From positions 13,826,001-13,890,000 of the forward strand of contig OZ176053.1 in NCBI GenBank assembly GCA_964247055.1: a stretch of 64,000 bases of DNA, written 5' to 3'. The notes under the pieces are model-generated. The model did not search any database. It was not told the DNA's origin and saw nothing but the letters and a program-made list of their open reading frames with translations. Both the position numbers and the translations under genes were made by a program. Source of the DNA: Paragordius varius. Its lineage: Eukaryota > Animalia > Nematomorpha. Shown here in pieces: positions 53,401 to 64,000 of the stretch (position 1 is its first letter; each line of letters opens with the position of its first letter).

Positions 53401-56400
53401 TTTATTTTTAAAATCGTATAAAATAAATTTTTTAAATATTTAAAAAATTCATAAAAATTACATTTATAGTCCGATCCCCAAAATATTTGGGGTGATGATG
53501 GAACTACCATAGGGCTACCCAAAAAAAATTATGGCGACATCACCTGATCAAATTTGGATTTTAGGTAGCCATTTTTATTTTTAAAATCGTATAAAATAAA
53601 TTTTTTAAATATTTAAAAAATTCATAAAAATTACATTTATACTCCGATCTCGAAAATATTTGGGGTGATGATGGAACTACCATAGGGCTACCCAAAAAAA
53701 ATTATGGTGACATCACCTGATCAAATTTGGATTTTAGGTAGCCATTTTTATTTTTAAAATCGTATAAAATAAATTTTTTAAATATTTAAAAAATTCATAA
53801 AAATTACATTTATACTCCGATCTCGAAAATATTTGGGTTGATGATGGAACTACCATAGGGCTACCCAAAAAAAATTATGGTGACATCACCTGATCAAATT
53901 TGGATTTTAGGTAGCCATTTTTATTTTTAAAATCGTATAAAATAAATTTTTTAAATATTTAAAAAATTCATAAAAATTACATTTATACTCCGATCTCGAA
54001 AATATTTGGGGTGATGATGGAACTACCATAGGGCTACCCAAAAAAATTATGGTGACATCACCTGATCAAATTTGGATTTTAGGTAGCCATTTTTATTTTT
54101 AAAATCGTATAAAATAAATTTTTTAAATATTTAAAAAATTCATAAAAATTACATTTATAGTCCGATCCCCAAAATATTTGGGGTGATTATGGAACTACCA
54201 TAGGGCTACCCAAAAAAAATTATGGTGACATCACCTGATCAAATTTGGATTTTAGGTAGCCATTTTTATTTTTAAAATCGTATAAAATAAATTTTTTAAA
54301 TATTTAAAAAATTCATAAAAATTACATTTATACTCCGATCTCGAAAATATTTGGGGTGATGATGGAACTACTATAGGGCTACCCAAAAAAAATTTTGGCG
54401 ACATCACCTGATCAAATTTGGATTTTAGGTAGCCATTTTTATTTTTAAAATCGTATAAAATAAATTTTTTAAATATTTAAAAAATTCATAAAAATTACAT
54501 TTATACTCCGATCTCGAAAATATTTGGGGTGATGATGGAACTACCATAGGGCTACCCAAAAAAATTATGGTGACATCACCTGATCAAATTTGGATTTTAG
54601 GTAGCCATTTTTATTTTTAAAATCGTATAAAATAAATTTTTTAAATATTTAAAAAATTCATAAAAATTACATTTATAGTCCGATCCCCAAAATATTTGGG
54701 GTGATGATGGAACTACCATAGGGCTACCCAAAAAAAATTATGGCGACATCACCTGATCAAATTTGGATTTTAGGTAGCCATTTTTATTTTTAAAATCGTA
54801 TAAAATAAATTTTTTAAATATTTAAAAAATTCATAAAAATTACATTTATACTCCGATCTCGAAAATATTTGGGGTGATGATGGAACTACCATAGGGCTAC
54901 CCAAAAAAAATTATGGTGACATCACCTGATCAAATTTGGATTTTAGGTAGCCATTTTTATTTTTAAAATCGTATAAAATAAATTTTTTAATATTTAAAAA
55001 ATTCATAAAAATTACATTTATACTCCGATCTCGAAAATATTTGGGGTGATGATGGAACTACCATAGGGCTACCCAAAAATAATTATGGTGACATCACCTG
55101 ATCAAATTTGGATTTTAGGTAGCCATTTTTATTTTTAAAATCGTATAAAATAAATTTTTTAAATATTTAAAAAATTCATAAAAATTACATTTATAATCCG
55201 ATCCCCAAAATATTTGGGGTGATGATGGAACTACCATAGGGCTAGCCAAAAAAAATTATGGTGACATCACCTGATCAAATTTCGATTTTAGGTAGCCATT
55301 TTTATTTTTAAAATCGTATAAAATAAATTTTTTAAATATTTAAAAATTCATAAAAATTACATTTATACTCCGATCTCGACAATATTTGGGGTGATGATGG
55401 AACTACCATAGGGCTACTCAAAAAAAATTATGGTGACATCACCTGATCAAATTTGGATTTTAGGTAGCCATTTTTATTTTTAAAATCGTATAAAATAAAT
55501 TTTTTAAATATTTAAAAAATTCATAAAAATTACATTTATAGTCCAATCCCCAAAATATTTGGGGTGATGATGGAACTACCATAGGGCTACCCAAAAAAAA
55601 TTATGGCGATATCACCTGATCAAATTTGGATTTTAGGTAGCCATTTTTATTTTTAAAATCGTATAAAATAAATTTTTTAAATATTTAAAAAATTCATAAA
55701 AATTACATTTATACTCTGATCTCGAAAATATTTGGGGTGATGATGGAACTACCATAGGGCTACCCAAAAAAATTATGGCGACATCACCTGATCAAATTTG
55801 GATTTTAGGTAGCCATTTTTATTTTTAAAATCGTATAAAATAAATTTTTTAAATATTTAAAAAATTCATAAAAATTACATTTATTGTCCGATCCTCCAAA
55901 ATATTTGGGGTGATGAAGGAACTACTATAGGGCTACCCAAAAAAAATTATGGCGACATCACCTGATCAAATTTGGATTTTAGGTAGCCATTTTTATTTTT
56001 AAAATCGTATAAAATAAATTTTTTAAATATTTAAAAAAATCATAAAAATTACATTTATACTTCGATCTCGAAAATATTTGGGGTGATGATGGAACTACCA
56101 TAGGGCTACCCAAAAAAATTATGGCGACATCACCTGATCAAATTTGGATTTTAGGTAGCCATTTTTATTTTTAAAATCGTATAAAATAAATTTTTTAAAT
56201 ATTTAAAAAATTCATAAAAATTACATTTATTGTCCGATCCTCCAAAATATTTGGGGTGATGATGGAACTACTATAGGGCTACCCAATAAAAATTATGGCG
56301 ACATCACCTGATCAAATTTGGATTTTAGGTAGCCATTTTTATTTTTAAAATCGTATAAAATAAATTTTTTAAATATTTAAAAAATTCATAAAAATTACAT

Positions 56401-59400
56401 TTATAATCCGATCCCCTAAATATTTGGGGTGATGATGGAACTACCATAGGGCTAGCCAAAAAAAATTATGGTGACATCACCTGATCAAATTTCGATTTTA
56501 GGTAGCCATTTTTATTTTTAAAATCGTATAAAATAAATTTTTTAAATATTTAAAAATTCATAAAAATTACATTTATACTCCGATCTCGACAATATTTGGG
56601 GTGATGATGGAACTACCATAGGGCTACTCAAAAAAAATTATGGTGACATCACCTGATCAAATTTGGATTTTAGGTAGCCATTTTTATTTTTAAAATCGTA
56701 TAAAATAAATTTTTTAAATATTTAAAAAATTCATAAAAATTACATTTATAGTCCAATCCCCAAAATATTTGGGGTGATGATGGAACTACCATAGGGCTAC
56801 CCAAAAAAAATTATGGCGATATCACCTGATCAAATTTGGATTTTAGGTAGCCATTTTTATTTTTAAAATCGTATAAAATAAATTTTTTAAATATTTAAAA
56901 AATTCATAAAAATTACATTTATACTCTGATCTCGAAAATATTTGGGGTGATGATGGAACTACCATAGGGCTACCCAAAAAAATTATGGCGACATCACCTG
57001 ATCAAATTTGGATTTTAGGTAGCCATTTTTATTTTTAAAATCGTATAAAATAAATTTTTTAAATATTTAAAAAATTCATAAAAATTACATTTATAGTCCG
57101 ATCCCCAAAATATTTGGGGTGATGATGGAACTACCATAGGGCTACCCAAAAAAAATTATGGCGACATCACCTGATCAAATTTGGATTTTAGGTAGCCATT
57201 TTTATTTTTAAAATCGTATAAAATAAATTTTTTAAATATTTAAAAAATTCATAAAAATTACATTTATACTCCGATCCCCAAAATATTTGGGGTGATGATG
57301 GAACTACTATAGGGCTACCCAAAAAAAATTATGGTGACATCACCTGATCAAATTTGGATTTTAGGTAGCCATTTTTATTTTTAAAATCGTATAAAATAAA
57401 TTTTTTAAATATTTAAAAAATTCATAAAAATTACATTTATACTCCGATCTCGAAAATATTTGGGGTGATGATGGAACTACCATAGGGCTACCCAAAAAAA
57501 TTATGGTGACATCACCTGATTAAATTTGGATTTTAGGTAGCCATTTTTATTTTTAAAATCGTATAAAATAAATTTTTTAAATATTTAAAAAATTCATAAA
57601 AATTACATTTATAGTCCGATCCCCAAAATATTTGGGGTGATGATGGAACTACCATAGGGCTACCCAAAAAAAATTATGGCGACATCACCTGATCAAATTT
57701 GGATTTTAGGTAGCCATTTTTATTTTTAAAATCGTATAAAATAAATTTTTTAAATATTTAAAAAATTCATAAAAATTACATTTATACTCCGATCTCGAAA
57801 ATATTTGGGGTGATGATGGAACTACCATAGGGCTACCCAAAAAAAATTATGGTGACATCACCTGATCAAATTTGGATTTTAGGTAGCCATTTTTATTTTT
57901 AAAATCGTATAAAATAAATTTTTTAAATATTTAAAAAATTCATAAAAATTACATTTATACTCCGATCTCGAAAATATTTGGGGTGATGATGGAACTACCA
58001 TAGGGCTACCCAAAAATAATTATGGTGACATCACCTGATCAAATTTGGATTTTAGGTAGCCATTTTTATTTTTAAAATCGTATAAAATAAATTTTTTAAA
58101 TATTTAAAAAATTCATAAAAATTACATTTATTGTCCGATCCTCCAAAATATTTGGGGTGATGATGGAACTACCATAGGGCTACCCAAAAAAAATTATGGT
58201 GACATCACCTGATCAAATTTGGATTTTAGGTAGCCATTTTTATTTTTAAAATCGTATAAAATAAATTTTTTAAATATTTAAAAAAATCATAAAAATTACA
58301 TTTATAGTCCGATTCCCAAAATATTTGGGGTGATGATGGAACTACCATAGGGCTACCCAAAAAAAATTATGGCAACATCACCTGATCAAATTTGGATTTT
58401 AGGTAGCCATTTTTATTTTTAAAATCGTATAAAATAAATTTTTTAAATATTTAAAAAATTCATAAAAATTACATTTATAGTCCGATCCCCAAAATATTTG
58501 GGGTGATGATGGAACTACCATAGGGCTACCCAAAAAAATTTATGGTGACATCACCTGATCAAATTTGGATTTTAGGTAGCCATTTTTATTTTTAAAATCG
58601 TATAAAATAAATTTTTTAAATATTTAAAAAATTCATAAAAATTACATTTATAGTCCGATCCCCAAAATATTTGGGGTGATGATGGAACTACCATAGGGCT
58701 ACCCAAAAAAAATTATGGCGACATCAACTGATCAAATTTGGATTTTAGGTAGCCATTTTTATTTTTAAAATCGTATAAAATAAATTTTTTAAATATTTAA
58801 AAAATTCATAAAAATTACATTTATAGTCCGATCCCCAAAATATTTGGGGTGATGATGGAACTACCATAGGGCTACCCAAAAAAAATTATGGCAACATCAC
58901 CTGATCAAATTTGGATTTTAGGTAGCCATTTTTATTTTTAAAATCGTATAAAATAAATTTTTTAAATATTTAAAAAAATCATAAAAATTACATTTATAGT
59001 CCGATCCCCAAAATATTTAGGGTGATGATGGAACTACCATAGGGCTACCCAAAAAAAATTATGGCGACATCACCTGATCAAATTTGGATTTTAGGTAGCC
59101 ATTTTTATTTTTAAAATCGTATAAAATAAATTTTTTAAATATTTAAAAACTTCATAAAAATTACATTTATACTCCGATCTCGAAAATATTTGGGGTGATG
59201 ATGGAACTACCATAGGGCTACTAAAAAAAAATTATGGTGACATCACCTGATCAAATTTGGATTTTAAGGTAGCCATTTTTATTTTTAAAATCGTATAAAA
59301 TAAATTTTTTAAATATTTAAAAAATTCATAAAAATTACATTTATAATCCGATCCCCAAAATATTTGGGTGATGATGGAACTACCATAGGGCTACCCAAAA

Positions 59401-62400
59401 AAAATTATGGCGACATCACCTGATCAAATTTGGATTTTAGGTAGCCATTTTTATTTTTAAAATCGTATAAAATAAATTTTTTAAATATTTAAAAAATTCA
59501 TAAAAATTACATTTATACTCCGATCTCGAAAATATTTGGGATGATGGAACTACCATGCTACCCAATAAAAATTATGGCGACATCACCTGATCAAATTTGG
59601 ATTTTAGGTAGCCATTTTTATTTTTAAAATCGTATAAAATAAATTTTTTAAATATTTAAAAAATTCATAAAAATTACATTTATTGTCCGATCCTCCAAAA
59701 TATTTGGGGTGATGATGGAACTACCATAGGGCTACCTAAAAAAAATTATGGTGACATCACCTGATCAAATTTGGATTTTAGGTAGCCATTTTTATTTTTA
59801 AAATCGTATAAAATAAATTTTTTAAATATTTAAAAAAATCATAAAAATTACATTTATAGTCCGATCCCCAAAATATTTAGGGTGATGATGGAACTACCAT
59901 AGGGCTACCCAAAAAAAATTATGGCGACATCACCTGATCAAATTTGGATTTTAGGTAGCCATTTTTATTTTTAAAATCGTATAAAATAAATTTTTTAAAT
60001 ATTTAAAAAATTCATAAAAATTACATTTATAGTCCGATCCCCAAAATATTTGGGGTGATGATGGAACTACCATAGGCTACCCAAAAAAAATTATGGTGAC
60101 ATCACCTGATCAAATTTGGATTTTAGGTAGCCATTTTTATTTTTAAAATCGTATAAAATAAATTTTTTAAATATTTAAAAAAATCATAAAAATTACATTT
60201 ATAGTCCGATCCCCAAAATATTTGGGGTGATGATGGAACTACCATAGGGCTACCCAAAAAAAATTATGGCAACATCACCTGATCATATTTGGATTTTAGG
60301 TAGCCATTTTTATTTTTAAAATCGTATAAAATAAATTTTTTAAATATTTAAAAAAATCATAAAAATTACATTTATAGTCCGATCCCCAAAATATTTGGGG
60401 TGATGATGGAACTACCATAGGCTACCCAAAAAAAATTATGGTGACATCACCTGATCAAATTTGGATTTTAGGTAGCCATTTTTATTTTTAAAATCGTATA
60501 AAATAAATTTTTTAAATATTTAAAAAATTCATAAAAATTACATTTATAGTCCGATCCCCAAAATAATTGGGGTGATGATGGAACTACCATAGGGCTACCC
60601 AAAAAAAATTATGGTGACATCACCTGATCAAATTTGGATTTTAGGTAGCCATTTTTATTTTTAAAATCGTATAAAATAAATTTTTTAAATATTTAAAAAA
60701 TTCATAAAAATTACATTTATAGTCCGATCCCCAAAATATTTGGGGTGATGATGGAACTACCATAGGGCTACCCAAAAAAAATTATGGCGACATCAACTGA
60801 TCAAATTTGGATTTTAGGTAGCCATTTTTATTTTTAAAATCGTATAAAATAAATTTTTTAAATATTTAAAAAATTCATAAAAATTACATTTATAGTCCGA
60901 TCCCCAAAATATTTGGGGTGATGATGGAACTACCATAGGGCTACCCAAAAAAATTATGGTGACATCACCTGATCAAATTTGGATTTTAGGTAGCCATTTT
61001 ATTTTTAAAATCGTATAAAATAAATTTTTAAAATATTTAAAAAATTCATAAAAATTACATTTATACTCCGATCTCGAAAATATTTGGGGTGATGATGGAA
61101 CTACTATAGGGCTACCCAAAAAAAATTTTGGCGACATCACCTGATCAAATTTGGATTTTAGGTAGCCATTTTTATTTTTAAAATCGTATAAAATAAATTT
61201 TTTAAATATTTAAAAACTTCATAAAAATTACATTTATACTCCGATCTCGAAAATATTTGGGGTGATGATGGAACTACCATAGGGCTACCCAAAAAAAATT
61301 ATGGTGACATCACCTGATCAAATTTGGATTTTAAGGTAGCCATTTTTATTTTTAAAATCGTATAAAATAAATTTTTTAAATATTTAAAAAATTCATAAAA
61401 ATTACATTTATAATCCGATCCCCAAAATATTTGGGGTGATGATGGAACTACCATAGGGCTACCCAAAAAAAATTATGGCGACATCACCTGATCAAATTTG
61501 GATTTTAGGTAGCCATTTTTATTTTTAAAATCGTATAAAATAAATTTTTTAAATATTTAAAAAATTCATAAAAATTACATTTATACTCCGATCTCGAAAA
61601 TATTTGGGGTGATGATGGAACTACCATAGGGCTACCCAAAAAAAATTATGGTGACATCACCTGTTTCAAATTTGGATTTTAGGTAGCCATTTTTATTTTT
61701 AAAATCGTATAAAATAAATTTTTTAAATATTTAAAAAAATCATAAAAATTACATTTATAGTCCGATCCCCAAAATATTTGGGGTGATGATGGAACTACCA
61801 TAGGGCTACCCAAAAAAAATTATGGTGACATCACCTGATCAAATTTGGATTTTAGGTAGCCATTTTTAATTTTAAAATCGTATAAAATAAATTTTTTAAA
61901 TATTTAAAAACTTCATAAAAATTACATTTATACTCCGATCTCGAAAATATTTGGGGTGATGATGGAACTACCATAGGCTACCCAAAAAAAATTATGGTGA
62001 CATCACCTGATCAAATTTGGATTTTAGGTAGCCATTTTTATTTTTAAAATCGTATAAAATAAATTTTTTAAATATTTAAAAAAATCATAAAAATTACATT
62101 TATAGTCCGATCCCCAAAATATTTGGGGTGATGATGGAACTACCATAGGGCTACCCAAAAAAAATTATGGCAACATCACCTGATCATATTTGGATTTTAG
62201 GTAGCCATTTTTATTTTTAAAATCGTATAAAATAAATTTTTTAAATATTTAAAAAATTCATAAAAATTACATTTATAGTCCGATCCCCAAAATATTTGGG
62301 GTGATGATGGAACTACCATAGGCTACCCAAAAAAAATTATGGTGACATCACCTGATCAAATTTGGATTTTAGGTAGCCATTTTTATTTTTAAAATCGTAT

Positions 62401-64000
62401 AAAATAAATTTTTTAAATATTTAAAAAAATCATAAAAATTACATTTATAGTCCGATCCCCAAAATATTTGGGGTGATGATGGAACTACCATAGGGCTACC
62501 CAAAAAAAATTATGGCAACATCACCTGATCATATTTGGATTTTAGGTAGCCATTTTTATTTTTAAAATCGTATAAAATAAATTTTTTAAATATTTAAAAA
62601 ATTCATAAAAATTACATTTATAGTCCGATCCCCAAAATATTTGGGGTGATGATGGAACTACCATAGGGCTACCCAAAAAAAATTATGGTGACATCACCTG
62701 ATCAAATTTGGATTTTAGGTAGCCATTTTTATTTTTAAAATCGTATAAAATAAATTTTTTAAATATTTAAAAAATTCATAAAAATTACATTTATAGTCCG
62801 ATCCCCAAAATATTTGGGGTGATGATGGAACTACCATAGGGCTACCTTAAAAAAAATTATGGCGACATCACCTGATCAAATTTGGATTTTAGGTAGCCAT
62901 TTTTATTTTTAAAATCGTATAAAATAAATTTTTTAAATATTTAAAAAATTCATAAAAATTACATTTATACTCCGATCTCGAAAATATTTGGGGTGATGAT
63001 GGAACTACTATAGGGCTACCTTAAAAAAAATTATGGCGACATCACCTGATCAAATTTGGATTTTAGGTAGCCATTTTTATTTTTAAAATCGTATAAAATA
63101 AATTTTTTAAATATTTAAAAAATTCATAAAAATTACATTTATAGTCCGATCCCCAAAATATTTGGGGTGATGATGGAACTACCATAGGGCTACCCAAAAA
63201 AAATTATGGCGACATCACCAGATCAAATTTGGATTTTAGGTAGCCATTTTTATTTTTAAAATCGTATAAAATAAATTTTTTAAATATTTAAAAAATTCAT
63301 AAAAATTACATTTATAGTCCGATCCCCAAAATATTTGGGGTGATGATGGAACTACCATAGGGCTACCTTAAAAAAAATTATGGCGACATCACCTGATCAA
63401 ATTTGGATTTTAGGTAGCCATTTTTATTTTTAAAATCGTATAAAATAAATTTTTTAAATATTTAAAAAATTCATAAAAATTACATTTATAGTCCGATCCC
63501 CAAAATATTTGGGGTGATGATGGAACTACCATAGGGCTACCCAAAAAAAATTATGGCGACATCACCAGATCAAATTTGGATTTTAGGTAGCCATTTTTAT
63601 TTTTAATATCGTATAAAATAAATTTTTTAAATATTTAAAAAATTCATAAAAATTACATTTATAGTCCGATCCCCAAAATATTTGGGGTGATGATGGAACT
63701 ACCATAGGGCTACCCAAAAAAATTATGGTGACATCACCTGATCAAATTTGGATTTTAGGTAGGCATTTTATTTTTAAAATCGTATAAAATAAATTTTTTA
63801 AATATTTAAAAAATTCATAAAAATTACATTTATACTCCGATCTCGAAAATATTTGGGGTGATGATGGAACTACTATAGGGCTACCCAAAAAAAATTTTGG
63901 CGACATCACCTGATCAAATTTGGATTTTAGGTAGCCATTTTTATTTTTAAAATCGTATAAAATAAATTTTTTAAATATTTAAAAAATTCATAAAAATTAC

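Larger units (their letters stand above)
5901..64000. repeat. Satellite B: 173-bp tandem array, about 336 monomers, about 26% GC, one orientation, continues beyond the window
   Basis: Consensus TAGGTAGCCATTTTTATTTTTAAAATCGTATAAAATAAATTTTTTAAATATTTAAAAAATTCATAAAAATTACATTTATACTCCGATCTCGAAAATATTTGGGGTGATGATGGAACTACCATAGGGCTACCCAAAAAAAATTATGGTGACATCACCTGATCAAATTTGGATTT, repeated throughout. No foreign insertion noticed. Confidence 0.99.

Noticed and set aside
1381-64000. CRISPR-like or prokaryotic repeat array
   Set aside because: There are no unique spacers and no cas genes; whole monomers repeat. The context is eukaryotic.

Overview
AT-rich eukaryotic heterochromatin with no host genes; probably animal, although the species cannot be identified from this window. 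From left to right: (1) the 3' end of an apparently intact Ty3/gypsy-type LTR retrotransposon, with an integrase ORF open from the window edge to 1049, a polypurine tract and a 316-bp TG...CA LTR at 1065-1380. (2) A palindrome-rich 178/191-bp satellite (satellite A), about 9.3 monomers forward at 1381-3064, then exactly 16 monomers inverted at 3067-5900. (3) An abrupt switch to a different, 173-bp satellite (satellite B) that runs uninterrupted for 58 kb (about 336 monomers) to the window end. Satellite B has a distinct edge layer, two main monomer classes and a patchwork of local higher-order repeats of many periods. The layout resembles the border of a centromeric or pericentromeric array (inference). 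The strongest leads are: a CENP-C-motif-like arginine peptide at the integrase C-terminus; the same-phase breakpoints of the inverted block; lesions focused on a palindrome centre in satellite A; and a hairpin-perfecting monomer class in satellite B. All coordinates and counts were read by eye, not computed. The small minus-strand ORFs are spurious.
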